Source of the DNA: Candidatus Neptunichlamydia sp.
Lineage (GTDB): Bacteria > Chlamydiota > Chlamydiia > Chlamydiales > Simkaniaceae
Direction: 5' to 3'
NCBI GenBank assembly: GCA_965233865.1
Contig: OZ247587.1
Span: 1,056,001 to 1,120,000 of the forward strand
Length of the DNA: 64,000 nucleotides
The notes beneath the pieces were generated by a model. The model did not search any database, was not told the origin of the DNA, and saw only the letters and a list, made by a program, of their open reading frames with translations. Numbering within the stretch: the first letter of the stretch is position 1; each line of letters opens with the position of its first letter. Shown piece by piece: positions 41,102-52,104 of this stretch. A program made the position numbers and the translations under genes.

Positions 41102-41877
41102 GTGATTAGACTAGGCTTAACAACCATGAGTTCTATGCATTCAGCATTTACAAGCGCAGGAACTTTTCATACCAACGCAAATAGATCTGGAATGGGGAAA
41201 AAGACATATGACCACAGAAGTTGCTCATAAGACCCTCGCGAGTTACTCAAACATATTCACTCAAGTGGGAGATGGAATTTTAATTCATGCACATCTTCCA
41301 TCTGGAAAACTCCAGAGAAAAGAATGACGTTTGTAAAATTGTACATGCAGGCGAATCATTTGATTGGAAATAATGGTGTATCCTTGTCCGAGCTTACAAG
41401 GCTATGTAATAAAAATGGCTACAGACCGATGAAAGAAGGGGGACAGAAAAGCAAGAAACTCAATGGCAGTGATCTTATCAAAAGCTTGTTGTCTAAATCA
41501 AACAAAGGCTTATTTACATTCAGCAAAGATGCAGAGAATAAAACTCAGGTCAGTCTAACTGACCGGGGAATAGAATCCTCTCAACAGATGGCTGACTCTT
41601 TAAATTCATTTATGCCCGAAGAACTAAAAGGAAGAGTAAAAAACATTCTCATTACCTTTAGAGAAGAAGTCTGGTTAAAAGACAATCTACTAATTTCTAT
41701 AAAGAATCTTGCTACAGTCCAATGTTTTCGGATCTAAAAAAATGCATTTCTTCGGACACAGCTCGACAACTCTTCGTTTTTAATAGAGACAGAGACACTG
41801 TTAAGCTCACCCCCGTAGGTTTAGAAGTGGCGCAAAACTTACAAAAAGACGTTGATCGCACACCTCCATTCCATTAG
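41102..41877 (+). pseudogene. Fragmented hypothetical gene with two tandem similar domains
   Basis: RBS AGGAGAG with GTG 41102; fragments in several frames, including ORF 41324-41737 and a homologous second repeat to 41877. Confidence 0.5.
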
Positions 41878-41923
41878 CAGCGAGAAATTAGCAGAATAGA
41901 ATTTTTAAGGTTTTTCTCATTTT

Positions 41924-42090
41924 TCATAGGTCATACTCCTTAAAAAATTCGTCTATTCCACATTGATATTTTCTTCGCTGAGACTTTGCCTGCGCCCACT
42001 TGTGCTCAATAGGATTTAAGTCGGGGAAATATGGAGGAAGATATTCCACCGTATGGCCTGCAGCTTTGATTCTCTCTTGCATAGATTTGC
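41924..42090 (-). mobile_element. IS630-family transposase C-terminal remnant
   Basis: AGHTVEYLPPYFPDLNPIEHKWAQAK, the IS630 LPPYSPDLNPIE motif. Confidence 0.88.
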
Positions 42091-42094
42091 TTTT

Positions 42095-42222
42095 AGTGGG
42101 ACTGTTGAGAACTGACATAATTTACAGGGCTGACCAACAAGATTGCGATTACTCCGGTTAATATCACAAATGCTTCAGGCTTCAAACATGTATGCCCCTC
42201 TCAGGAAGCTAGCTATATAGAC
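42095..42222 (+). mobile_element. IS5-like transposase internal fragment
   Basis: 42127-42222 reads GLTNKIAITPVNITNASGFKHVCPSQEASYID, resembling the segment before ADKGY in IS5-family transposases; preceded by end-like GGGACTGTTGAGAACT. Confidence 0.5.
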
Positions 42223-42277
42223 CTTTAGTGAAATGGTATAAAGTGGGATAAATGCGTGGGCATTTATCCCAAAAGCT

Positions 42278-42550
42278 TTAACGGCTCATAATCCTGTTGT
42301 GGACACATCCAATAAGTCCACCTAGAATAGCACCAACAAAGAAACCCCAGATGCCGCCAACGATTCCGCCAACAAATGAAGCATCATATCCAGTGTAAAG
42401 TGAAGACATCACATCAACAAACTGATATCCCCATCCAGTCATTGCCATCCATCCAGTAAGAAGGATTGCAACACCCCAAACAACTCCAATTGAAAGTGCT
42501 AGACATTTGCAACAGAGCTTATGTTTTTGAGATTTAGGTACATTTTTCAT
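42278..42550 (-). CDS. Small Gly-rich two-TM membrane protein (holin-like family)
   Basis: RBS GGAG; LALSIGVVWG...SLYTGY..SFVGGIVGGIWGF pattern. Confidence 0.7.
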   Translation of the reverse strand: MKNVPKSQKHKLCCKCLALSIGVVWGVAILLTGWMAMTGWGYQFVDVMSSLYTGYDASFVGGIVGGIWGFFVGAILGGLIGCVHNRIMSR

Positions 42551-42722
42551 CTTTTTCTCCTCGATAAGATCGGGTTAAATAACATACTAACCTATCAATT
42601 TTATACATGTTCAATTTTGAAATATATTTCAAATTATTTTTTTCTTTCTCGGATTCTGTTGATTTAAATTTAAATTTTATTCATGATTTGCACTCTGGAA
42701 ATTTGCGCTAAGGAGATTCATT

Positions 42723-43655
42723 ATGAGAGGGTTACTCACTAAACTGTTCGTGGTGACATTTGTTTTTCTAGGGGGTTTACGGGGAGAAGATCTCCAGTTA
42801 GAATTCTATCTTTCCACTTATCCTCAATCGGATAGGGACTTAGGCCTTGTTCAAAAATTCCTCCTTTTTTCTGCTGACAAAACGCTGGATTATCCTCACT
42901 GTTCTTTTGCGTATGAGCTTGATGGACACGCGATTATGAGAGGCTCAGAAGAAAGCATCCAACCCTATATTATTTCTTTTGGGAGTGCACTTGAAAAAAT
43001 TATGAGGGAAGGAATTCCGCAGGATCAGTTTGAAGAGTTAAAGAGCGGCTTTGTTTCTTTTTTGGGGGATGCTTTTGCTGAAAAAGAACTTGCACGCGAG
43101 ATAAAGTGGGAAATGGCACAAGATGTCGGTGGGTCCTTGAATCCTATGCAGCATATGATGCTCTTTATGATTCCTGATCAAAGTAGTTCTTTTCATTCCG
43201 AGGTTGCAGTACTTTCTCAAAGCCATAGCCCAAAAATATATTACCAGCTCAGGCTGACGGCAGAAGATCAGAGCAATATCTCTAAAATGATTAAGAACTT
43301 AGGAGAGTTGGGTTGGTTACGGCTTTTGAAAAAGAAGGGTGCTATGGAAAAACTGGGGGATAACATCACCCCCGTTCACCCTTTAAGGTTTTTGGGGTAC
43401 GTTGTATCGAACCCCTCTTTAAAAAAGCAACTTCCTAAGATTATGGGGGATTTTGTCAAAAAGAATAGCTTCTTAAACGGGCATGGAAAAAGAATTGGTT
43501 TTGTTCAGCGCATGACTAATGAGGTTAACCATAATAACATGATGCAGTACATCCCAGGCTTTGCTCAACAGATAGGGAAATCGGAAGCGTCGCTCCAGAA
43601 ATACGTTAGTGCTCACGATTGGGAAGGTCTAATACGGAATTTAATGGGAGGCTAG
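42723..43655 (+). CDS. Secreted chlamydial hypothetical protein (C-terminal HPLRFL domain)
   Basis: RBS AAGGAG, signal-like N-terminus, 310 aa. Confidence 0.75.
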   Translation: MRGLLTKLFVVTFVFLGGLRGEDLQLEFYLSTYPQSDRDLGLVQKFLLFSADKTLDYPHCSFAYELDGHAIMRGSEESIQPYIISFGSALEKIMREGIPQDQFEELKSGFVSFLGDAFAEKELAREIKWEMAQDVGGSLNPMQHMMLFMIPDQSSSFHSEVAVLSQSHSPKIYYQLRLTAEDQSNISKMIKNLGELGWLRLLKKKGAMEKLGDNITPVHPLRFLGYVVSNPSLKKQLPKIMGDFVKKNSFLNGHGKRIGFVQRMTNEVNHNNMMQYIPGFAQQIGKSEASLQKYVSAHDWEGLIRNLMGG

Positions 43656-43664
43656 GGAGACACT

Positions 43665-44990
43665 CTAATTCAGGCTTGTTTTGGAGCGTGCTGGAAGAAA
43701 ATAGGGATGACACCTATCAATAAAGGTCTCGGGAGTAATGAAACGGGCCCCTTTCTTGTGTTGCAAGTAGGAAGCGTTACCCATTTCCCAAATAGGCATT
43801 CCTTTCCCAAGATTATTAGAATCCACAGTGCTATGACGTACCTCAGAATGAATCCAGATCTGACCCTGAGCAACTGACATTAGCTCCATTGCCGTGAGCC
43901 CACCCGAACGGGTAAAAGTAGCATCGCTCCGATAGTAAAGGGCGGAAATCACATCATCATTTTGAAAACACATGGGAATCACGGTCAGATTATGGGGAAA
44001 GGTATTTGTTTTTTGAATGAGATGATGAACTTTTTTTAGTAAGCTATTTTTATGCTGTGTGTGGGAATTGCAAAAGACGAATAGAAGGTGGTTTTCATCT
44101 GCAGCAATGCGCTTCATGAGTTCAATGTAATTTTTTAGATATTTTAGAGTAGCTTCTTCTGTCGGTTGACTTCCTAGAAGGATGGTGGAGACTTTATCGT
44201 CTGTCTCGATGTTAATTGCTATTTTATCGCGATAGATTTCAGCAGTGATGAATCCCCTTTTAATGGAATCAGAAACCAGAAACTTTTCTTCATTGGAATT
44301 GACATGAATTAGGATTTTCATCCGCTCGTTGCGATTTCTTATTGTATTTAGATACTGTTTAAATGAGGGACGTAAAGGAAAGCTTTCATAACAAACCTCG
44401 GTTTCAGAAAGACCACAGTTTTTTTCCCAAAAGCCTTCAGCGGTTTGGTTCTCTTTTAATAGGGGAAGAGTGGTGATCAGCTTAATTAAGGAACGATCCG
44501 TTGATGAGAGAAGTTTAATGGGTCTGAAAAAATGAATCACATTATCTGTTGGAAGTTCTGTGACAATTTTCTCTAGCTTTAGAGGTTTGCCTGTTATTTT
44601 TCTTGCTAGTTTTATTGCTTTTATGATTGCAAAGGTTCCAACTGGTTGAGTATCAACAATTTGATCAATGCCTTCCTTTAGCAAAACATATAGAGTACGG
44701 AGAAAAATAAATGTGCCAAAAACAATATCTGCTGTGGGAACATTTTTCTGTAAAAACATCAGAAATTTGACATTCCCCCGTTTCTGAGAAGAGTTCCAAA
44801 GATAAACAAACCCTTTCCCAAGGCGTTTACTGGCCATGTCTATAAGAATGTCTTTTTGAATAATTTCAGTATTGGGGTTTTCTGAAAGTGCCTTTACAGC
44901 TTGTGATTTTGCAGCTTGAATATGTCCTCCTCCTCCGGAAGAGGTGATGAGGAGGAGCTTGTTGCGTTTCATTTCTAAAGGGGGGGCCAT
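43665..44990 (-). CDS. GT-B glycosyltransferase, MGDG-synthase/UgtP (GT28)-like
   Basis: LLITSSGGGGHIQAA at the N-terminus; TRSGGLTAMEL and WEMGNA at the C-terminus. Confidence 0.7.
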   Translation of the reverse strand: MAPPLEMKRNKLLLITSSGGGGHIQAAKSQAVKALSENPNTEIIQKDILIDMASKRLGKGFVYLWNSSQKRGNVKFLMFLQKNVPTADIVFGTFIFLRTLYVLLKEGIDQIVDTQPVGTFAIIKAIKLARKITGKPLKLEKIVTELPTDNVIHFFRPIKLLSSTDRSLIKLITTLPLLKENQTAEGFWEKNCGLSETEVCYESFPLRPSFKQYLNTIRNRNERMKILIHVNSNEEKFLVSDSIKRGFITAEIYRDKIAINIETDDKVSTILLGSQPTEEATLKYLKNYIELMKRIAADENHLLFVFCNSHTQHKNSLLKKVHHLIQKTNTFPHNLTVIPMCFQNDDVISALYYRSDATFTRSGGLTAMELMSVAQGQIWIHSEVRHSTVDSNNLGKGMPIWEMGNASYLQHKKGARFITPETFIDRCHPYFLPARSKTSLN

Positions 44991-45049
44991 GCATTTTCCT
45001 ACTTAATCGGCATCCTAGAAAACCTTTTAAAAAAAAGGAACCATTATCT

Positions 45050-45097
45050 TAGATAGTGTTGTTAAATAATCTTCGTTGCTACTAACATCACTATCTA
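45050..45097. repeat. 48-bp footprint of two TIRs related to the IS427-type element
   Basis: TAGATAGTGTTGTTA ... TAACATCACTATCTA (14/15 inverted match); resembles the ends of 40169-41012. Confidence 0.6.
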
Positions 45098-45262
45098 TAG
45101 ATAAACATATATAAAATGATCACTATTTTCATTTCCAAAAAAACTTCTCGATATCGACTTGAGTTTTTTGCCTTTCGGCCTTTTTTGCAGTCAACTTATA
45201 CTCAATAGGGTTTAGGTCTGGTAAATATGGAGATAAGTAAATGAGAGTATGGCCTGCTTTTT
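45096..45262 (-). mobile_element. IS630-family right-end remnant
   Basis: Minus strand KAGHTLIYLSPYLPDLNPIEYKL...IEKFF, ending ...TATCTATA. Confidence 0.8.
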
Positions 45263-45282
45263 TAATATGATTTTTCATTTAT

Positions 45283-46524
45283 TTAGAGAGATAATTTCTT
45301 GAGGACTTCCTTGGGAGAATCGAGGTTTTCGTTAATCGCAATACGCTCGGCTTGCTTAAGGAGAGTCCCCATTTTGGGACCTGGAATGATGCCGGCTTTT
45401 TTGAGATCGGCCGAGGAAAGAACGGGAGTTTTTTTTTGGATTCTATGGATGGCTTTCCCAAGTAGATCATAGCGTATGTGATGCTCTTGAATGAAAGTTT
45501 GACGCGTATCTAAGGGGAAATGGATGGCGGCAATCTTTAGGCAGATGGGATAGCGAGGATTTGCGTAGAAGTGAGCCCATTCGTAGAGCTCCCTATCTTG
45601 TTTAGAGAGAAATATCTCGATGGCATGATGATAAGTTTCAACGAAGCGGACCTCTTGGTTTGAGAGTTTTAAATAGGAGCAAATGACTTTTTTATCTTCA
45701 AGCGATGCGTTTGGAAAAAGTTCTAAAATGCGGGAAATAGTGGGGGCATCTTCTGGAAAATGGGGAAGTTTTGAGACCCGTTTTTCAATCTCTTCAGTGG
45801 AGACTTCTTTGAGAGCAGGGAAAATAACGGGAAGGAGATTGAGCCTTTGAAGGGTCATCAGGGCCATGCCGAAGTTGGGGAAGAGGGCCATCTTTGAAAA
45901 TTCATTCCATACGCGCTCGATGGCTACTGCTGGGAAAAGATTTTCGGCATGGTCAAGGATTGCTTTAAGGGTTTCATTTTCGATGAGGAAGTGGAAACGG
46001 CTTGCATAGCGGACGGCGCGGATCATTCGGAGGCGGTCTTCTAAAAGCCGTTCGTGAGGATTTCCAATAGCGCGGATGATTCCTTTCTTAAGATCTTCTT
46101 TCCCTCCAATATAGTCGTAGAGGTTTTCTTTAATGGGGTCGTAGAACATTCCGTTAATGGTAAAGTCGCGGCGTTCAGCATCTTCTTCAGGTTCGGCTTT
46201 TTCGACACCAATGGGGCGTCTTCCATCCTTATACCCTTGATCTTTCCGAAATGTGGCAACTTCAAATTGATGCCCTCCTTCAACGACAATTACGATTCCA
46301 AAGTTCACGCCGACAGGAATGGTTTTTGGGAAGATTTTTTGCACATCTTCAACAGAGGCATCGGTGGCAATGTCAATATCATCGGAAGGGTGATCCATCA
46401 AAAAATCACGGACCCACCCTCCAGCAAAATAGGCGGTAAACCCCTCTTCATAGAGCTTTTTAATAATAGATACACCAATGTTTAAATGGGTCACTTTTTT
46501 CCTTTTCAGAATTCTTGCACTCAA
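45283..46524 (-). CDS. CCA-adding tRNA nucleotidyltransferase / poly(A) polymerase family
   Basis: GGWVRD, DIDIAT, EVATFR, RRDFTIN, EDRLRMIRAVR. Confidence 0.93.
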   Translation of the reverse strand: MSARILKRKKVTHLNIGVSIIKKLYEEGFTAYFAGGWVRDFLMDHPSDDIDIATDASVEDVQKIFPKTIPVGVNFGIVIVVEGGHQFEVATFRKDQGYKDGRRPIGVEKAEPEEDAERRDFTINGMFYDPIKENLYDYIGGKEDLKKGIIRAIGNPHERLLEDRLRMIRAVRYASRFHFLIENETLKAILDHAENLFPAVAIERVWNEFSKMALFPNFGMALMTLQRLNLLPVIFPALKEVSTEEIEKRVSKLPHFPEDAPTISRILELFPNASLEDKKVICSYLKLSNQEVRFVETYHHAIEIFLSKQDRELYEWAHFYANPRYPICLKIAAIHFPLDTRQTFIQEHHIRYDLLGKAIHRIQKKTPVLSSADLKKAGIIPGPKMGTLLKQAERIAINENLDSPKEVLKKLSL

Positions 46525-46566
46525 GTTACAAGGGTAATATATCGTGCTTTTTTTTGGGAGAAGTCA

Positions 46567-47013
46567 ATGAAGTGGATCTTATTTTTTGTGATTCCCCTCC
46601 TTGTAGTGGGTTGTAGAGGGAAGGTGGTGGAAGACGTTAAGGAAGGAAAACGCTACCTTCAACATGTAAAATTAGTTGGCGCTGATCTTAGTGGCATGGA
46701 CTTAAAAAATGCAGATTTTTCCAACTCTAACTTAAAAAATTGCAACTTAGAAAAAACAAGCCTTAAAGGATCAAAGCTTGCGAGGGTCAATTTTCAAGGA
46801 GCATACCTTGAGTATACCAACTTAGAAGACACAGACTGTCGTGGAGCAGATTTTTTGCATGCCCATTTGGAACAGGCGAAGTTTAAAGATGCTGATTTGA
46901 CACATGCTCGTTTTCATGGTGCGGCGGTTAAGAAAACTGATTTTAGAGAGAGCAGAGGTTTGACGAAAGAAATGAAGCAGCATTTGGAGAGCAAGGGGGC
47001 TCTTGTCGATTAA
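46567..47013 (+). CDS. Pentapeptide-repeat lipoprotein
   Basis: MKWILFFVIPLLVVGC lipobox, then A(D/N)(L/F)xx repeats. Confidence 0.85.
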   Translation: MKWILFFVIPLLVVGCRGKVVEDVKEGKRYLQHVKLVGADLSGMDLKNADFSNSNLKNCNLEKTSLKGSKLARVNFQGAYLEYTNLEDTDCRGADFLHAHLEQAKFKDADLTHARFHGAAVKKTDFRESRGLTKEMKQHLESKGALVD

Positions 47014-47125
47014 TAGGCCTCATAGGTGTAGATATTGGGGAAACAAAAGCTTCAGAAACGGAAAAATTAGAACTGTAGAGGTAAATAAAAAACTGTTCTG
47101 CTGGCGTGCGAGTGGACTACACATT

Positions 47126-48886
47126 TTAGAGAATTTTGAGGATGATGATTGTGAGATCGTCATGCTGAGGAGAATCTTCTGCAAAGAGCGCAATTTCTTC
47201 GATTATGTCATCAACAATTTGTTTTGGAGAAAGATCTTTTTTCTCTTGGAAGGAGCTAAGTAAGCGCTTTTCCCCAAACATTTCCATAGAATTACTATGC
47301 GCTTCAACAACACCGTCTGTATAAAGCATCAATGTATCACCTGACTGGAGTTGCACTTGGTTTGTTGCAACAGTTTCAAAGGGAACCACGCCAAGTGCCA
47401 TCCCTTTTGTGGAAAGCATTGCAACGCTGCCATCAGCTCTTTGAAGAAGGGCGGGGAAATGGCCACAGTTGGAATAGTGAAACAGTTTGGTTTTGGGATC
47501 AAAAAAAGCGATAAAAGCTGTGACGAAAACGCCAGTGTTTCCCGTGTCTAGACAAAAGAGGTTGTTTGTTTCACGAATGATCACATCAAGATCTTCATAA
47601 ATTTCTCCATAGCTACGGAGCATGCTACGCACACTCAGAGAATAGAGACAAGCAGAAATCCCTTTTCCTGAAGTATCGGCAATCGATAACATGAGTCGCC
47701 CCTTAGTAAGGAAATCATAGAAATCTCCTCCCACTTCTTTGGCGGCAATAAAACGCGCAGCCATATCTACGCCTGGAAACTCTGGAAGCTCTTTGGGAAG
47801 AATAGCGGCTTGCACTTCTTTACCGATAAAAAGCTCTTGTTCATAGGTTTCTTTTTCGAACCTCTCTTTATGAGCAACTTCTATATGCTCATCAAGAGAG
47901 CTAACGGTTTCATTAAATATTTCTCCAAGATCATTGATCTCAAACCCCATTGAAACAGGAGTGTAACGTTTTTTTAAATCTCCACGTGCCACATAACTCA
48001 TGATTTGAATGAGTTTGCGAAGAGGCCTCCCAAGTTTTTTCGTCAAAAGAATGGCTCCTCCTCCTCCAAAAAGAATAATGAGGCCAAGAACGACGAGTAT
48101 CTTCATAAAAAAATAGGGAATATCCACGAAATTAACGTGCTCAGGTGCCGAAATAAGGAGGGAAAAGTTCGTTTTCGGAACATACTTTTTTTTCGAAATA
48201 AATGTTTTGGCATTTAGGGAATATTCCCCCTCAACGGGGCACGCAAACTGATGCCCTTTAAGGTTCTCATTCGTCGATGCAATGACCCTCCCTTTCTTAT
48301 CGATTAAGGAGGTTGAAGCAGGCGAAATACTATTCTTTTCAATAGGAAAGTTCTTTGATAGATGAGCTAAATGAAACACTGTGATCCATGCTTCATCGCG
48401 CTCAGGAACGTAACGGGTGATATAAAAGATTGGAAAAGAGGGCTCAACAACAAAAACAACCCCCTTTTTAGCTTCATCAATCAGGCCTGTAAAGTCCTTC
48501 CCTGTAATCCCTTCTTTAGACGCCATATTCGAAAAATATTGCCCATTTGCCGCTTTTTTCACATAGAATAGAGCAGAAACGCCATCTCTTCTCGCAAGTG
48601 CATCAAGTTCACTTTCAGGATCGGGGATTTTCTGGAGAAGGTATGAAACTTCTGCTAACACCTCCATTTCGCGCAAAATAATGCCTTCGATAAGGCCTAC
48701 CTTTTGATCCATGATCATCTTGAGCGTAAAGTTGTTGTTATCTTTTTTAACGCGGAGGTCATCAATGTAAAGTAAACCAACTAATATGAGAAGCGGGATA
48801 ATTAGAAAGATGCTGGCAATCAGGAAGATGCGTGAAGCAAGGGACCCTCCCATCCCACGAAGCTTTTCCTTTTTCTCCCGATCCAT
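47126..48886 (-). CDS. rsbU: Membrane sensor PP2C phosphatase RsbU (periplasmic domain, HAMP, SpoIIE)
   Basis: Two TM helices, HAMP, VGGDFYD, IADTSGKG, YTDGVVE, DDLT. Confidence 0.9.
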   Translation of the reverse strand: MDREKKEKLRGMGGSLASRIFLIASIFLIIPLLILVGLLYIDDLRVKKDNNNFTLKMIMDQKVGLIEGIILREMEVLAEVSYLLQKIPDPESELDALARRDGVSALFYVKKAANGQYFSNMASKEGITGKDFTGLIDEAKKGVVFVVEPSFPIFYITRYVPERDEAWITVFHLAHLSKNFPIEKNSISPASTSLIDKKGRVIASTNENLKGHQFACPVEGEYSLNAKTFISKKKYVPKTNFSLLISAPEHVNFVDIPYFFMKILVVLGLIILFGGGGAILLTKKLGRPLRKLIQIMSYVARGDLKKRYTPVSMGFEINDLGEIFNETVSSLDEHIEVAHKERFEKETYEQELFIGKEVQAAILPKELPEFPGVDMAARFIAAKEVGGDFYDFLTKGRLMLSIADTSGKGISACLYSLSVRSMLRSYGEIYEDLDVIIRETNNLFCLDTGNTGVFVTAFIAFFDPKTKLFHYSNCGHFPALLQRADGSVAMLSTKGMALGVVPFETVATNQVQLQSGDTLMLYTDGVVEAHSNSMEMFGEKRLLSSFQEKKDLSPKQIVDDIIEEIALFAEDSPQHDDLTIIILKIL

Positions 48887-48916
48887 GCTATACTTCCCCT
48901 AAAAGCGGTTAGTCTT

Positions 48917-49672
48917 ATGGTAACAAAAGAAATTAAGAGTTTACAACACCCCATTATCAAGCATCTCGTTAAACTCCGAAAGGAGAAGAAGTACCGAGAA
49001 GAAAAAAGGTCTCTCCTTGTTGAAGGAAAGAAAATGGTTTGTGAATATCGGGGGGAAATGGACCTACTCCTCACTACTAGAGGAGCTAGCATTCCTAATC
49101 ATCTTTCTCCAAAGATGCGCTTTGTTGTTCCTCCTGAAATCATTGAAAAAATTGCCGGGACATCTTCTCCTGAGCCATTCCTTGCTGAGGTTCCTCTTCC
49201 CTCCCCGTCAAGCCTCGATGGGAAAACATATCTCCTTGCCTTGGACAGAATTAGTGATCCCGGAAACCTTGGAACCCTCGTGCGCACTGCCTTAGCCTTT
49301 GGATTCGACGGGATTTTCCTCATTGGTTGCACCGACCCATTTTCTCCAAAAGCTCTGAGAGCTGCAAAAGGGGCAACATTTCATCTTCCCATTCGGCATG
49401 GCAATGAAGACGACCTCTTGCAGTTGATTGAACGTAACCGTCTTACCCCTTATGTTGCCGATACAAGCGGAGAAGCCGTTGCAATGCCAGCTCCTCTAGT
49501 CCTCATTCTTGGAAGTGAATCCCATGGCCCCTGTGAAACACTCAAAAACAGTGGCAAGGCTGTCGGAATTTCAATAGATTCTCAAACTGAATCCTTGAAT
49601 GTTGCAGTTGCTGGTGGCATCCTAATGAACAAAATTCGAGAAGCACAGTGCCTAAATTTGACGATTACCTAG
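48917..49672 (+). CDS. TrmH/SpoU family RNA methyltransferase
   Basis: DPGNLGTLVRTA, GSESHG, ESLNVAVAG. Confidence 0.93.
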   Translation: MVTKEIKSLQHPIIKHLVKLRKEKKYREEKRSLLVEGKKMVCEYRGEMDLLLTTRGASIPNHLSPKMRFVVPPEIIEKIAGTSSPEPFLAEVPLPSPSSLDGKTYLLALDRISDPGNLGTLVRTALAFGFDGIFLIGCTDPFSPKALRAAKGATFHLPIRHGNEDDLLQLIERNRLTPYVADTSGEAVAMPAPLVLILGSESHGPCETLKNSGKAVGISIDSQTESLNVAVAGGILMNKIREAQCLNLTIT

Positions 49673-50778
49673 ATTACGAAGAAGATTTCTACGGCAATGG
49701 AAAACGGGAAGACAGAAAAGAGAGGCGCGAGACTCAAGCGAAGGATCGGTCGAAATATAAAAAAAGTGACCGCGATCAAAAAAGACAACAACTAAGAAAA
49801 GAAGAGCCTCCTCTTGGCTCAAATGATCTGCGTGGAAGAGTCCTTACGATTTCTCCTGATACAATCACAGTTTCCGCTGAGAACCAAACTTATTTCTGCT
49901 CGCTCAAAGGGTCTCTAAAAAAAACAAAGACAAAACAAAAAAACCTGTTTGCCGTTGGTGACTGGGTCCATTTTGAAAAAAAAAGCGCTGACTCAGGAGC
50001 CATTCATCATATTGAAAAACGGACCTCGACACTCGTACGCGCTGAAAATCTATCGCGTAGAAAAACACAATTGATTGCAGCAAACATCGATCAGGTTTTT
50101 ATTATCATGTCTCTTGTATCTCCAAAGTTTAAACCTCTTCTTGTGGATCGATACATCCTTTCAGCAAAAAGCGGGAACATCCAACCTATTGTGATCATCA
50201 ATAAAACCGATCTGTTAATAGATCCTCCTGAAAATATTTTAGAAGAAGATATCGATGCTGAAAAAGTCCTACTCGAAGAGTTTTTAGAAGCGTATCTCCC
50301 CTTAGCACTCCCTGTTGTCACACTGAGTGTTTCTACTGGAGAAGGACTTAAGGAACTCAAAAAGCTTATGGAAAACAAAACTTCCGTATTTTCTGGACAA
50401 TCGGGAGTAGGAAAATCCTCTTTGATTAATGCTGTTTTAGGAAGTGTCCTTCCGATTGGCCCCATCGCCCTCAAAACAAACAAGGGATCTCATACAACCA
50501 CAGCAGCTGAGCTGATTCCCCTTGAGAACGAAGCCTTTTGCATCGACACTCCCGGAATTAAAAGTTTCGGTCTTTGGGAGAGTGACCCTGTGGCAATTCT
50601 TGAAATTTTTTCAGATTTTGTTCCCTTCGCAAAAAACTGCAGATTTCCCAACTGCACACATATTCATGAGCCCAACTGCGGCATTAAAAAAGCCCTCAAA
50701 GAGGAAAACCTTCCCCCTTTGCGTTACGCGTCGTATGCTGCGTTACTTGAAGATACCCCTCCAAAAGAGTGGGAATAA
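49648..50778 (+). CDS. rsgA: Ribosome small subunit-dependent GTPase A
   Basis: NKTD, GQSGVGKSS, HTTT, DTPG, CRFPNCTHIHEPNC. Confidence 0.96.
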   Translation: MPKFDDYLDYEEDFYGNGKREDRKERRETQAKDRSKYKKSDRDQKRQQLRKEEPPLGSNDLRGRVLTISPDTITVSAENQTYFCSLKGSLKKTKTKQKNLFAVGDWVHFEKKSADSGAIHHIEKRTSTLVRAENLSRRKTQLIAANIDQVFIIMSLVSPKFKPLLVDRYILSAKSGNIQPIVIINKTDLLIDPPENILEEDIDAEKVLLEEFLEAYLPLALPVVTLSVSTGEGLKELKKLMENKTSVFSGQSGVGKSSLINAVLGSVLPIGPIALKTNKGSHTTTAAELIPLENEAFCIDTPGIKSFGLWESDPVAILEIFSDFVPFAKNCRFPNCTHIHEPNCGIKKALKEENLPPLRYASYAALLEDTPPKEWE

Positions 50779-50793
50779 AAAAAATCTTTTGTG

Positions 50794-50817
50794 TAGTGGT
50801 TTAAACTTAAACCACTA
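50794..50817. promoter_or_regulatory. Perfect dyad upstream of eno (operator or hairpin)
   Basis: TAGTGGTTTAA-ac-TTAAACCACTA, ending 12 nt before the eno ATG. Confidence 0.55.
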
Positions 50818-50820
50818 TAA

Positions 50821-52077
<1,257 letters not shown>

Positions 52078-52104
52078 AACCCATCCCTTAGATATGGAGA
52101 TGGT

